Part shown: positions 1 through 11,100 of the stretch, one piece after another
Layout of the letters: each line of letters starts with the position of its first letter
How positions within the stretch are numbered: position 1 is the stretch's first letter
Assembly (NCBI GenBank): GCA_964549615.1
Contig: CAZJVP010000011.1
Span: 65,926-129,925, forward strand
DNA: 64,000 nt
Source of the DNA: an uncultured Thermococci archaeon
Lineage (GTDB): Archaea; CAYQAE01; CAYVLA01
Direction: 5' to 3'
The notes under the pieces: model-generated
What the model was told of the DNA's origin: nothing
Database searches by the model: none
The model's input: only the letters and a program-made list of their open reading frames with translations
Position numbers and translations under genes: made by a program

Positions 1-327
1 TCGAGAGGTTGGCCCGTCGCGAGGCTTTGAAGTTGGTCGTCACCATGTAGGTAAGCTTGCTTGGTGAACGCCTAGAACGTTCCGTCGTCCGGAGTGGTCG
101 TCGCGCCCGCGCGGGGGCCAGCAGGGGATTCGAGCCGAGGGAGCAGGCGGTGCCCGTCATGTACAGGGCTGTGCGCCGTTGTCTTTTCCGGATCCTCATT
201 CCGATCCTTCCTCCTGGCCGTGCTTTCCCTCGGGCAACTTATTTCGAACGTCTTGTGGGCCTCACCGCAAGCGGGCGACATATTCTGGCCCCGCCCAACT
301 TCGCGCATTGGCAGATGGTCTCGGAGC

Positions 328-1185
328 TCAAGTCGGGGATGCGCCGGCTCGAGGCCCCCTGCGCGCATAGCCAAAGTAGATTAGCAACGTGCCTCCGGCT
401 CCGAGCAGGCCTCCCATGGCCAACAATAACCTGGGCAACCAGGCGAGTATGGGGAATCTGGCTCCCAGTTGGAGTGTCGCATCCACTCCTCTTGACCCAT
501 CGGCGTTCATGATGACGATCGAGTAGTCTCCCGATCGGGGGATCCAGCTCATGGCGGCGGTCGGGGCTCCGAGGCCGGAGGCGAGCCAGAAAGTGGGTAC
601 GGTGGGAAGCTGTGACGGTGCCGTTCCATGCTGGAGCACGGTGCCGTCGAGCTCCAGCCTCACGTTCCATGGGCTGACCCTCCAATGATAGTCCACGGCA
701 TAGTCGTGCTGGATGTTGCCTAGGTAGGCCTTCGCGTCACCGTCCTTGGCGATGCCGACGAAGAGCTCCTTGGCCGGCGAGGTTCCATTGGCCTTGAGTC
801 TGATCTCCACCAGTTTCCCCATGCCGAATCCTCTGAGGAACGGCGGGACATAGTCGTTCATGTCAAGGGGAACGAGGTCCACGAGCACCGCGTAACTCTC
901 CGCGGACATCCTGCTCGTCTTGCTGACGAGGTAGCCGTCGGAGTCGCGTGGGTTGCCGCCCTGCCACATCAAGAAGATTCCCCCGGCGATCAAGAGGACA
1001 GACACGACTAGGAGTACTATGCCCAAGACCAATGCTGCCACTCTGAATCTTCCACCATGGGCGCCCAACCCCTTGCCGCAAGAAGGGCAGGTGGCGGGAT
1101 CACCTTCCAATTCGGCTCTGCATCCTGGGCATCTCACGTCGGCGCAACCTGAACGGGGGTTTGCCTTCGGTGAATCGCGAGGCAT
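328..1185 (-). CDS. Zinc-ribbon membrane protein (N-terminal CxxC...CxxC, TM, extracytoplasmic domain, C-terminal TM)
   Basis: CPGC-x10-CPSC, then hydrophobic VAALVLGIVLLVVSVLLIAGGIFLM and a C-terminal hydrophobic segment. RDSDGYL and VIMNADGSRGV resemble the N-terminal region of DUF4389-type proteins. Confidence 0.7.
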   Translation of the reverse strand: MPRDSPKANPRSGCADVRCPGCRAELEGDPATCPSCGKGLGAHGGRFRVAALVLGIVLLVVSVLLIAGGIFLMWQGGNPRDSDGYLVSKTSRMSAESYAVLVDLVPLDMNDYVPPFLRGFGMGKLVEIRLKANGTSPAKELFVGIAKDGDAKAYLGNIQHDYAVDYHWRVSPWNVRLELDGTVLQHGTAPSQLPTVPTFWLASGLGAPTAAMSWIPRSGDYSIVIMNADGSRGVDATLQLGARFPILAWLPRLLLAMGGLLGAGGTLLIYFGYARRGPRAGASPT

Positions 1186-1294
1186 TTAAATGAACTCCTG
1201 GCAGTCTTCGCGATCGCTTGACAATAGGGCATCCGACGGCGGGGCCCTTACTGGGACGCTCTTCGGAGCCCCGCGTGCGCGAGGCAGCCGAGGA

Positions 1295-1609
1295 TCAAAG
1301 CTTCTTTCCGCAGCCGCGGCAAAATCGAGCGCCTGGCGAACTAGCCTCGCCACATGCTTGGCAGACGACCATCCTCTTTGAGGTGGCTCTGCCGATCTCC
1401 TTCTTGGCAATCTCCAAGCCCTTCTCGATCTCCTTGAACGCGGCAGATACAGCCCTGTCGATCTCCTCCCTGACGTCCGCAAGTACGTCTTCCCAGGGAG
1501 GCCTGACGTTCTCCTTCCTGCCCTTGGGAGTTCGGACCCCGCACTTGGGACAGAACAGGGCGTCTTCGGGCAGCTGCGTTCCGCATTTCTCGCAGGAAGC
1601 CGTGTTCAT
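1295..1609 (-). CDS. Double zinc-ribbon protein
   Basis: CEKC...FCPKC at the N-terminus and CQAC...FCRGC at the C-terminus around a helical linker; GGGAGGG just upstream of ATG. Confidence 0.85.
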   Translation of the reverse strand: MNTASCEKCGTQLPEDALFCPKCGVRTPKGRKENVRPPWEDVLADVREEIDRAVSAAFKEIEKGLEIAKKEIGRATSKRMVVCQACGEASSPGARFCRGCGKKL

Positions 1610-1638
1610 CCCTCCCCTGCAGGGAGGACAGCCGCGGA

Positions 1639-1649
1639 TATAACTTTCG
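1639..1649 (-). promoter_or_regulatory. Archaeal-type BRE+TATA for the zinc-ribbon gene
   Basis: Minus strand CGAAAGTTATA ~30 nt upstream of ATG 1609. Confidence 0.55.
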
Positions 1650-1808
1650 CCCCGGGCCGGGCTCCAGGAACGTCTCGGACTTTCCCCCGCCGCAAAGGCT
1701 CGGGGAGGACCTCCGCAAGGTCAGGGAGACTTGGCAGGTATTGGCTGGCAAAGGCAGAGGACCCCCGTCAAAAGGCCGTTTTTCAGATGGTGCGAGCAAT
1801 GGCCTCGC

Positions 1809-2543
1809 ATGGCGGTTCGGGATGATGACCTTGCTGAGTTTCGGCGGTCGGCCATTTGCCCGTCCAGGCTCCGCCTCTTCTGCTATTGCGAGTTGGCGGC
1901 CATGCTGGAAAGGCAGGCAGTTGGGATCGACCTCTGGCCTACCCGCGCGGCATTCCGAGGGTGCGTGAGCCACGAGGTCCATGCGAAAGAACAGATCCAG
2001 ATCTCTGGTCAGCCTGAGCCTGTCGTGGTCTGGACAGTGGGTGAGGCAATGGACTTGCTAAGAATCACGATCCACGAAGCGCTTCGAAAGCGAATCATAT
2101 TGGCGAACTCGGCGGACATACGCACCTTCTGCACGATCGTGCCCCAGCTCGTGCCCGGAAGGGGATGCTATGGCTATCCCGATGCACTCGACTGCCGGAA
2201 CGGGACCATCCCGGTAATTGTCGAGGCCAAGTATGTTTCGTCTCGCTTGCCCGCCCGAACGCGGGCGGCCGACGAGATCCAGGCGGCTGCCTACCTAGCA
2301 GGAGTCATCGAGCTCGGCTTCGCGGACGCCTATGCTGAGATCATCTACAGGGATCGTTCCGGCAGGCAGACGCAGGTCGGGATGCCATATACAGCGGAAC
2401 TCGAGCGCAGGCTCAAGGCAATTGCGAGGCGCTTTGATTCCGTGGAGAAAGGACTGGAGGATCCCATCCCTCGCGACCTTGGCGCATGCCGTTTCTGCAG
2501 GTTCAGGTACGCGTGCGTGTATGGCAGTCGGTCCCTGGGCTAG
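1809..2543 (+). CDS. Solo Cas4-like PD-(D/E)XK nuclease with probable Fe-S cluster
   Basis: N-terminal FCYCE, catalytic YPDAL...VEAKY, QAAAY (QxxxY) and C-terminal CRFCRFRYAC. ORF track starts at 1731; ATG 1809 preferred. Confidence 0.8.
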   Translation: MAVRDDDLAEFRRSAICPSRLRLFCYCELAAMLERQAVGIDLWPTRAAFRGCVSHEVHAKEQIQISGQPEPVVVWTVGEAMDLLRITIHEALRKRIILANSADIRTFCTIVPQLVPGRGCYGYPDALDCRNGTIPVIVEAKYVSSRLPARTRAADEIQAAAYLAGVIELGFADAYAEIIYRDRSGRQTQVGMPYTAELERRLKAIARRFDSVEKGLEDPIPRDLGACRFCRFRYACVYGSRSLG

Positions 2544-2776
2544 CATTGTTGGTCGACTCCAGACCAGGATGCCTGACAGCGGTGAACAAATCACAGGTCA
2601 GGTGCAAGGTCTGCGCATGCGATCGGAACCCTCGGACGAGCTAAATACCGATACCGAGCCGACGGCAAATTTATGAGGTTTGCCGAGCCCTCTAGATCGG
2701 GAGTCGGGTGGCCGCGGGGCAAAGGCTTCAGCCGCGATCCAAGCACAGTGTCCGTTGCGGGAAGCGCCTCGGAGGC

Positions 2777-2911
2777 ATGGGGTCCATGTTTTGGAAGGTC
2801 ATCACCCCCATCTTGGTCACAGCCTTCGTTGTGGCCATGACGCTGTTCATGGCGATCGTCGAGGGCGCGACCGCATCCGGATCCCGGGAATTGGGGCCGC
2901 GGGATCCCTGA
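2777..2911 (+). CDS. Small single-TM membrane protein (44 aa)
   Basis: GGAGG directly upstream of ATG; hydrophobic FWKVITPILVTAFVVAMTLFMAIV. Confidence 0.45.
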   Translation: MGSMFWKVITPILVTAFVVAMTLFMAIVEGATASGSRELGPRDP

Positions 2912-2934
2912 TGCCCTTGGATCAAGGTGGATGC

Positions 2935-3744
2935 CTAGGGCAGGTTCATCTCTCGGATCTCATCATCCGTGTAGTACGGCGGCGGACGAAGGCTGAACCC
3001 GCCGTCCACGACGAGCTCGGCTCCCGTGGTGTAGCCGCTTAGCTTATCGGACAGCAAGAAGACGGCCGCGGGGCCGATGTCGGTCTCCAGGCGACCGGGA
3101 CGTCTCAGCGGAATCGTATCCAGGACCGTTTTCTCCTTCTCCCTGTCCCGGGCAAGATGGGCGGACAGCCTGGTTGGGAAGTACCCCGGGGTCAGCATGT
3201 TGACCCGGATGCCGAAGGGGGCAAGCTCAACCGCCAGCACCTCCATGTAGGCTTTCAGGCCGGCCTTCGAGGCCCGATAGGCAGCCTCCCTGTACAGCGG
3301 TGCATGCGTGCAGGTGGAGCCCACGATGAGTATGCTGCCCCGGCCCTGGGAGATGAAATGCTTGGACGCCTCGCGGCATGCCCAGACGCAGGCGGAGAGG
3401 TTGGTGTGCATGGTGTTCACCCATGCCTCGGTCGTGACCTTGGAGACGGGCTGGTCCCAGTGGGCGCCGGCGTTGTTGACGTACATGTCCAAACCCCCGA
3501 GCCCCCTGATCGTCTCCTTGACCATGGATGTTACTTGTTCCTCTTTGCTCACGTCCGTACACAGCCGCAGGGCACGGACCCCAGCGGATTCAATCTCGCG
3601 CAGCGTCTTTGGGTCCGGGTTCCGGCTAGCCACCGCTATGTGGACCCCCTCCGCGGCCAGGGCAAGTGCTATCGCGCGCCCGATGCCGCTCCCGCCCCCA
3701 GTGACCAAGGCTATCTTTCCGCCAAGTCCCGTGTCCATATTCAT
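2935..3744 (-). CDS. SDR family NAD(P)-dependent oxidoreductase
   Basis: TGGGSGIG, NNAG, YRASK, PG and VDGG motifs. ORF track starts at 3789; likely ATG 3744 or 3738. Confidence 0.93.
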   Translation of the reverse strand: MNMDTGLGGKIALVTGGGSGIGRAIALALAAEGVHIAVASRNPDPKTLREIESAGVRALRLCTDVSKEEQVTSMVKETIRGLGGLDMYVNNAGAHWDQPVSKVTTEAWVNTMHTNLSACVWACREASKHFISQGRGSILIVGSTCTHAPLYREAAYRASKAGLKAYMEVLAVELAPFGIRVNMLTPGYFPTRLSAHLARDREKEKTVLDTIPLRRPGRLETDIGPAAVFLLSDKLSGYTTGAELVVDGGFSLRPPPYYTDDEIREMNLP

Positions 3745-4105
3745 CCTTCCAGCATCTTGACGATCGACGCCGCCTTTAGGTCGGAGCACGGGCGGTGCAA
3801 GGGCTATTCAGTCTTTCCGTCGCTTTGATATGCCGGCCGGTTAGGATGCTCTTGGCAGGCCAAACTCGGATCTTCCATCGATCCCGCATTAACGAAGCCT
3901 TGTGGCTAGGACCCCGGCAGGCCTCCCCCAACCATCAGCCTCCAGGGGACGATCACAAAGCGGGTTGTCGGCCCGAGTTTCTACACCGAAGGCCGATTGG
4001 AAGCAATCTAGCGATCGGCCAGTGGGACGCAACAGCTTCAAGCGCCATGTCAGTTTCCTGGCTGAAGATGCATGTAGCCCCAATCCGTATGGTCGAGGTG
4101 AGCAT

Positions 4106-6532
4106 ATGTCTAGAGGAGTTCCAAAGCGCAAGGGCGAAGCGGCGCCGGTATGGGCCGTAACTGTGCCGAAGCCGTCGCTGCGGGACGAGGCAGTGAGGGT
4201 CTGCCTTGCAGATCTGAAGATGGTTGGCAAGCGTTGTGGGCTGACGATCAAGGTCACAACCGATCTTGAGCTGCCCTCGTCAAACGCGATCATCGTAGGG
4301 GATCATTCCAGGAATCAAGTCACCAGGCAATTGCATGAGCGGGGAGTCTTGAGGTTACATGGGGCGGTCGGTGAGGAAGGATACGAGATCGTCACTCTCA
4401 GACGGGGTGGCAGAAAGACGATCGTGGTGGCGGGAGGATCGATCATCGGCGACGTGTACGGCCTCTATAGGATCTGGGACGCGATGCGCATCTTTGGCTG
4501 TCTCCCGACATTGAACCTGAGAGAGCAGCCCGAGCTTGCCATTCGCTACACCCGCATCCCGGTGAGGAACGAGGACGACATCAGGAGGGCGCTTCGCTAC
4601 AGGTTGAACCTCGTCTTCGGGGAAAATCCACTCAACCTCGTGCCATGGGATTCGCACCCTGAGGCCGAGGAGAACGCAAGACACCGCGAGGAGACGAGGA
4701 AGCTGGCCAGGTATGCGCATTCGCTGCACATGAGGTACCTTGCGTTTGGCACCGAGTTTACCTACCACCCGTCCCTGTTGCGGGAGTTCGGTGCAAGCCT
4801 TTCGGTTGAAGACCCCAAGCTTTGGGATGCCGTGCGGGCCAAGTTCAGGAGGCTCTTGGAGGCCGTTCCCGAGCTCGACGGCGTAGAGACATTCCTTGGC
4901 GAGGAGCAGGCCTACTGGGGCGCTTACCGGACGTTCGACCCCATCCACGGAGACGAGGCGTGTGACTGGTCTCTAGAAAAGCGCTACCGCACCTTCGTGA
5001 AGGCCGTGTGGGATGTGGTCGTCGGCGAGTTCGGCAAGATCCTCTTCCAACGAACTTGGGTCACGAACGCCTACGAGCAGCACTCCCAACCCGATGTCTA
5101 CCGCCGCATCTTTACCGAGGAGGTGCCTACCAGGAACCTTTACCTGGTTCCGAGCTTCACCCAGAACGACCGGTGGTGGTTCCAGCCCTTCAACCCCACC
5201 ATCAACCAAACCCCACACGACATGCTCGTCGTGTGCGAGACGATGGACTACCACGATGGCGCCAGCTTCTTTCCAACTTTCCCCGGGCTCTACTTCGCGG
5301 CGGGCTTTGAGCACATGCTGGGAAGAGGCCGGAGCAATCTGAAGGGCGCAAGCCTGGACATGCCAGCTGAGGAAGGCTGGGATACACGGAGCCTGACGGC
5401 CTACACCGTTTCCCGGCTGATGTGGAATCACAAGGAGGATCCTCGCGATATAGCGCGGGACTTCTGCGCCATCCAGTTCGGCAGGAGACCGGCCAACAGG
5501 ATGGCCCACATCTTGCTGCTTTCCCCCGTGGCCTACAAGTACGGCCTGTACATCGAACCCGTTGCGTACGGCGCGTTCAGCTCCCTTCCGCACATACGGA
5601 CGGGAAGCTTCGTGGCCGAGGGCTATCCGAGCATCGACAAGGGCCGGGCACACATCGAGTTCCTGAAGTCGATCTATCTGCGATGTAAGCCGTGGATCCG
5701 CGAGACCATCATGTACCTTGACCACGGCCTCCTGACCGCAAGAGCTATGGAGCGGGCATTCTCCCCCGCCAGACGGACGTTCCGGGACCACACCCTTGCC
5801 GCCAGAGTCGGGAATTCCCTGAGGTTGATGCGCCTTCTCATCCAGACTAACAACTTCTACGTCAAGACCTCGTTTGCGTATTTCCGGTACAGGGAGTCGC
5901 CCACCGAAGCCAATCGCAAGCTATTGCGTACGCTGCATCGCAAACTGAAGGCCTCGATGGAGCAGTTTTGCGACACGCCCGGGTGCATCTTCGAGCTCTT
6001 CGGTCCAAAACAGCTTGCGATCAACGTGTCAGAGATCCTGAAGGATCGTCGCCGCGCGGAACAGGCGCTGGCTAGCGCGCCTACGACGGAGGAGATCGAG
6101 AGAGAGGTGGCGGAGCAACAACGGCGCTACAGGGAGATCCTGGACAAGCACAGAGACAGGGCACAGAGGATTCTCTACTGGGAGGGAAGGGTCGACGGAC
6201 AGGACATCATCTCCGTGAGGGGAAGCGATCTAGAGATCGAGCACTTGCGGTGGGACCCCATCTACATGCACAGCCACAGCTTCGTGCAGCCCCTGCCGTC
6301 AAAGGTCGGCTCGGTCGTCATCGAGGATATCGAGTCGGAGCCCATGCATCCGTTCGTCCTGCAGCAGCCCAGAAAGGAGAACGGCTATACCGCAAAGGTC
6401 TACCTTAACGACGTTCCCGGGGGAGCGCACTGGGTAAGGTTCTACCTCTACTTCATCGAGGAGACGCCGGATGCCCTGGGGCTTCGCGTGCCTTGGGACC
6501 GGCCCGAACTTGAAGGGCGCGTGGAAAGCTGA
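4106..6532 (+). CDS. Putative glycoside hydrolase: GH20/GH67/GH115-type N-terminal domain + barrel + helical domain
   Basis: GEEGYEI...IVVAGGSIIGDVYGLYR...PELAIR is the hexosaminidase-like domain-2 signature. GAGGTGA precedes ATG 4106; no signal peptide. Confidence 0.65.
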   Translation: MSRGVPKRKGEAAPVWAVTVPKPSLRDEAVRVCLADLKMVGKRCGLTIKVTTDLELPSSNAIIVGDHSRNQVTRQLHERGVLRLHGAVGEEGYEIVTLRRGGRKTIVVAGGSIIGDVYGLYRIWDAMRIFGCLPTLNLREQPELAIRYTRIPVRNEDDIRRALRYRLNLVFGENPLNLVPWDSHPEAEENARHREETRKLARYAHSLHMRYLAFGTEFTYHPSLLREFGASLSVEDPKLWDAVRAKFRRLLEAVPELDGVETFLGEEQAYWGAYRTFDPIHGDEACDWSLEKRYRTFVKAVWDVVVGEFGKILFQRTWVTNAYEQHSQPDVYRRIFTEEVPTRNLYLVPSFTQNDRWWFQPFNPTINQTPHDMLVVCETMDYHDGASFFPTFPGLYFAAGFEHMLGRGRSNLKGASLDMPAEEGWDTRSLTAYTVSRLMWNHKEDPRDIARDFCAIQFGRRPANRMAHILLLSPVAYKYGLYIEPVAYGAFSSLPHIRTGSFVAEGYPSIDKGRAHIEFLKSIYLRCKPWIRETIMYLDHGLLTARAMERAFSPARRTFRDHTLAARVGNSLRLMRLLIQTNNFYVKTSFAYFRYRESPTEANRKLLRTLHRKLKASMEQFCDTPGCIFELFGPKQLAINVSEILKDRRRAEQALASAPTTEEIEREVAEQQRRYREILDKHRDRAQRILYWEGRVDGQDIISVRGSDLEIEHLRWDPIYMHSHSFVQPLPSKVGSVVIEDIESEPMHPFVLQQPRKENGYTAKVYLNDVPGGAHWVRFYLYFIEETPDALGLRVPWDRPELEGRVES

Positions 6533-6606
6533 AGGCCCGCTGTGGGCAAGGAGGGCAAATGCCTCATCCAAGCTCCCCAGATAGCCTTCAGTTCGACTGC
6601 GCTCCG

Positions 6607-7995
6607 TCATACAACCCTGTAGGAGTAGAGCCTTGCATTGTAGAGGTAGAACTTCAGCTTGACGGGCGCCTCCCGGACCTCGGCCAGCGAATGCCTTCGC
6701 CAAGTTACCCTAGCGCGGCACGAGTCGGTCTGGATTGGGCGGCAGTCGTCTCTTCCGAAGCCTTTGACCGGCTTGTCGCCTTCGTCCAGGAGCTCGACGA
6801 GGATCCTGCCGTAGTCGGACTTCACATTGAGAACAAGCTGGTTCCCCGCAAGCCTGTACGGCCGCGTCGTAAGGGTCCCCCCGTCGTAGCTTGCGTTCAC
6901 CGAGGCAAAGCCGTCCAGTCTGAGGGTTGCAAGGCCTATCGACATCGTCCGCGGGTCTTGGTCAGGCACGATCGATGGGTCGTACTCCTTCGGCACCTTG
7001 GCGTGTCTACGCGAGGTGCCCCTGTAGTAGACGTAAAGCCTATCGCCCACCCTTACAGGCGGCGCGCCGGTGAGCAGTATCTGGAACCTGTCCCACTCGC
7101 CGACATCGCTAAGGGGAATGAGCGGTTCCCCCGGAACGCGCGCCCAGTTCTCGCCGTCCCGGCTGGTGATCAGCCTGAGGGTCTGCGTCTGCTGCTTGGG
7201 GCGTTTGTCGAAGTGGGTGAGGAAGCCGAGATACTGTTCGCTGTACACGAACCCCGTGTTGTTGTAAAGGCTCTCCTCCTCGTTCAATGCCCTCAAGAAA
7301 GGCTTGGGTGGCGTCCAGTGTACGAAATCCTTGCTGAAGCTGATCAGCCTGTCAACTCCTCCCCTCAAGAAGGCCACGTAGCGCCCCTTGAGAGTATCGA
7401 CCATCATGGACTGCGCATCTCCCACTGGGCCAAGGTCACGCCTTCCGGGGCGCGGGTGGTGGTGGAAGACCGGCTCGGCGGTGTGAGTCCAGTTCAGTCC
7501 GTCCGGCGAGGTGGCGGTGTAGATGCCCGACATCGGTCCGTCCCAGTCGTAGCTTGACCATCCGATTGCCTTGTACCTTCTCTGCGGGTCCGGATCCATG
7601 GGGTCCTTGAGCATGGTCTCCCAGTGGTCCTTGCCCGCGTGATGGCTGGCTGGGATCACGATGTTGTTATCCCTTGACCCCAGCGCCTCGTGCAGCCCGA
7701 GCGCCGGTCGCTCCCAGTGCACTCCATCTCTGGAGATCGCATAGCATTGAACGTGCTCCTCTCCTGGAGCGTAGAAGCCGGCAAGGTACCAGGCCTTGAA
7801 GATCCGTTCCTCATCGTCGTAGATGATGGAGGCGGTCATGCCTGGATGTCTTTCCCAAGGCATCTCCTGCTTCAAGACGGGGCGGGTTCCATGTCTTGAC
7901 GCCTGATGGAAAACCCTGGTAACATTCTGCATGAGCTCGACGTCCTCGTAGTCGACGAACAGCCTTGGCCGGTTGGAAAGCGCGGGCGGGTTCAC
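6607..7995 (-). CDS. Five-bladed beta-propeller glycoside hydrolase-like protein (GH32/43/117/130 fold) with C-terminal beta-sandwich
   Basis: Repeated Asp-box motifs SRDGVHW, SPDGLNW, SKDFVHW, SRDGENW; LATLRLDGF. GGAGGTG precedes GTG 7995 (track start 8049). Confidence 0.75.
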   Translation of the reverse strand: MNPPALSNRPRLFVDYEDVELMQNVTRVFHQASRHGTRPVLKQEMPWERHPGMTASIIYDDEERIFKAWYLAGFYAPGEEHVQCYAISRDGVHWERPALGLHEALGSRDNNIVIPASHHAGKDHWETMLKDPMDPDPQRRYKAIGWSSYDWDGPMSGIYTATSPDGLNWTHTAEPVFHHHPRPGRRDLGPVGDAQSMMVDTLKGRYVAFLRGGVDRLISFSKDFVHWTPPKPFLRALNEEESLYNNTGFVYSEQYLGFLTHFDKRPKQQTQTLRLITSRDGENWARVPGEPLIPLSDVGEWDRFQILLTGAPPVRVGDRLYVYYRGTSRRHAKVPKEYDPSIVPDQDPRTMSIGLATLRLDGFASVNASYDGGTLTTRPYRLAGNQLVLNVKSDYGRILVELLDEGDKPVKGFGRDDCRPIQTDSCRARVTWRRHSLAEVREAPVKLKFYLYNARLYSYRVV

Positions 7996-8128
7996 AAACG
8001 CACCTCCCCCGGGAAGCCCCGGGTGTGACGGCAACCCGTCAGCGGCCATATGCCTTTATGTTTGACGGAGAGTGCTGGTCGCCGGCAAAAAGGAAAGCTC
8101 TTAGAAGGAGGCGCCGGAGGCACCGGGC

Positions 8129-11100
8129 ATGAAGCCCTCGAATCACGGCATCGACATCAACGATGAATCCGGAAGGGAGATGGCCCGCTCCACCGAGGAG
8201 ATCAGGAGGGGCTTCGCGGACCCGCCGGTCTCATGTCGGCCCCACACGCGATGGTGGTGGATGGGCAATGCGATCACGAAGGAGGACCTCACATGGCAGC
8301 TTGAACAGATGCACGAGAAGGGCATAGGCGGGGTCGAACAGGTGACCATAGAGCCGGTCTACGAAAAGGGCAATGTACCCTACCTTTCCGACGAGCATCT
8401 GGACCTCCTGGTCCATGCGATACGCGAGGCCAAGAGGCTGTGCATGGAGTTTTCGCTGAATTTTGGCGGCCCCGGTTGGGTTATCGGCGGCGCTTGGGTG
8501 AAGCCCTCCGACCGCAGCAAGAACATGGTGCCGACCGCCATGCGCCTTTCGGGTGGGCGGCTTTTCTCGGGCAAGCTGCCGACCAAGGTGGGGGAGGTGC
8601 CGAGGACCGGCGATCGGGCTGCTAGGGACGTGGGGCCTAGGGATAGGCTTGTGGCGGTCGTGGCTGGCAGGGTGGTTGATGGGCGTCTGGAGGAATCGTC
8701 CCTCGTGGATCTGACCTCCAAGGTCAGGGGTCGTTCCATCCGATGGCGTGTCCCTGAGGGCGAATGGAAGCTGATGGCGTTCTGGTTGATGTACACCGGG
8801 CAAGGGCATGCTGTCGATCACTTCAACAAGCAGGCGATGGAGCGGTACTGCGAGTTCCTTGGCGGCAAGTTCAGGAAGGCCTTCGGAGAGGAGTTCGGGA
8901 GGACCGTGGAATCCTTCTTCATCGACAGCTTCGAGGTCGACCTTCTGCACAACGGCATATACTGGAGCGACGGCCTGCTGGCCGGATTCAAGGAGTTCAA
9001 GGGCTATGACTTGACCCGGTACCTGCCCGCCATCTGGTGGGACGTTGGGGCGATCACGCCCAAGATTCGCTACGACGTGAACGAGTATCTGCACCATGTT
9101 GGGCTGGATGCCTTCTTCAAGACGTTCTTGGGCTGGTGCGAGAGAAACGGCGTGAAGGGGAGGATACAGCCCTACGGCTTCGCGACCGACATACTACAGG
9201 GTGCCGGCATGGCGCATATCCCGGAGATGGAGGTCACTGCGGGCGAGAAGGATGCCGTTCCCTGGTTTGACACCAGGATTGGCCCCAAGAAGTACGTCGC
9301 CTCGGGCGCGCACCTGTACGGTCGCAACATCGTGAGCGTGGAGGCCTACACCTACATCCACTGGGAGACCTACCGGGCAACCCTCGAGGAGCTAAAGATC
9401 GCGAGCGACGACTTCCTCCGCAACGGCGCCAACAAGTTCTACAACCACGGCTACACGTGCTCGCCCGAGCGGGACATCGCGCCGTCGCGGCGCTTCGAGG
9501 CCGAGGTCCTCATCAACCATCAGAATATCTGGTGGAGGTACTACCCGCTTCTTAGCGACTACGTCGCGCGATGCTGCTACCTTTTACGGCAAGGCCGCAC
9601 GGTGGCCGACGTGGCCGTGTACCTGCCGCTGGCCAACCAGTGGACCCTGGATGTCCGCAACCCGCGCAAGTGGACGCGGGGATTCGACTGGGGCAGTCTT
9701 GGAAAGCTGCTCTGGGCCAACGGGTATGACTTCGACCTTGTGAACGATGACGTTCTTCTGAACCACGCAAGGATCGAGGATGGCGTGATACGGGTCCGCG
9801 ACTTGGAGTACCGGGTTCTGCTCCTGCCGAACATCCAGGCCATGCCCTTGGAGAGCTTGGAGCGCATCCGGGACTGGGTCAAAGGAGGTGGAGTGGTGGT
9901 GGCGCTGGAGCGCGTCCCTGACTCGTCGGTTGGCTTGGAGGATTACGAACGCAAGGATGCGGCAGTTCGTGCCATCGTCCGTGAGATGTTCGACACCCCT
10001 TCTTGGCGCGTCAACGAGACCGCGCCGAGGGATTATGGCAGGGGCAGGACATACCACATCCGCAACGTCATCGACCGCTATGACGTTTTGGAATGGCACG
10101 CCAGCGCGCTCGATCCGTTCCTCAACGTTCTGCGGCGCCACATCCAGCCCGACATGGGAATAGACTTCGTGAGGGAGGGGATCCGGGAGAACGAGGGCCT
10201 CTGTTTCATCCACAGGCGCCTGCCGGGCAAGGAGATCTACTTCGTGGCAAACATCCAGGACCGGGCCATCGAGATGCGCGTGTCATTCCGCGTAAGGGGG
10301 AAGGCCCCAACGGAGTGGAATCCCCACACCGGAGAAGTGAGGCGCGTCCTTGAGTACGAGGAGAAGGATGGCCTGACTTGGATTCCCCTGCGCATGAAGC
10401 CGTACGATTCCACCTTCATCGTCTTTGACGAAGAGGTTGAGCCATACCGCCACGCGGTGGATATAAGTTTCAGCAGGGTTTTGGACGTCGATGAGGAGGG
10501 GGTCGAAGTTCTGGCCACCCGCAACGGCTTACAGATGGTGAGGCTCGACGATGGGACTTTGCTCCGCAAATTCGTGGAGGGAATCCCGGCGCCCCTTGCG
10601 GTGGATGGGGAGTGGCATCTCGAACTGGAAGGAACGGGCTCCCCACGCCTCTCGCTGAGCTTGCCCAGGCTCACCTCCTGGACAGAGGATCCGCGAACCA
10701 GGCATTTCAGCGGCACCGGAAGGTATCGGATCGAGTTCGACATTCCCCAGGTCTACCTGGAGGAAGGGCTACAGCTTGAGCTGGATCTGGGGGTGGTGGG
10801 CAACATCGCCGAGGTGGAGCTGAACGGGCGCCATATTGGCGTGGTCTGGATGCGGGGAAGGACCCTGGATATCACGGGCATGGTGGCTGTCGGGCGAAAC
10901 GTGCTCGTCATCGATGTGACCAACACCCTGATCAACCGGGTGTCCGGGCTAAAGGAGCTGCCGCCGGTACCCGAGCATCTGAGGGCTCGCTACGGAGGGG
11001 ATCCCAGGGCAAGGACCTCAAGCTCGCGCATGCTCATCGGATACGAGCCCCTGCCGGTCTCCGGCCTCCTCGGCCCTGTGTTGATAAGGGCCTCAAGACG

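Noticed and set aside
1-327. Short ORFs at the left edge (57..512+, 72..374-, possible ATG near 46 on the minus strand)
   Set aside because: No motifs and truncated context; cannot be supported.
2544-2776. CRISPR array or leader next to the Cas4-like gene
   Set aside because: No regularly spaced direct repeats seen here or elsewhere in the window.
6559-7557. Long antisense ORFs (also 15205..16485-, 19942..21192+, 42753..44411+, 24932..25837-, 36571..37491-)
   Set aside because: Shadows of motif-bearing genes on the opposite strand, expected at high GC; no recognisable motifs.
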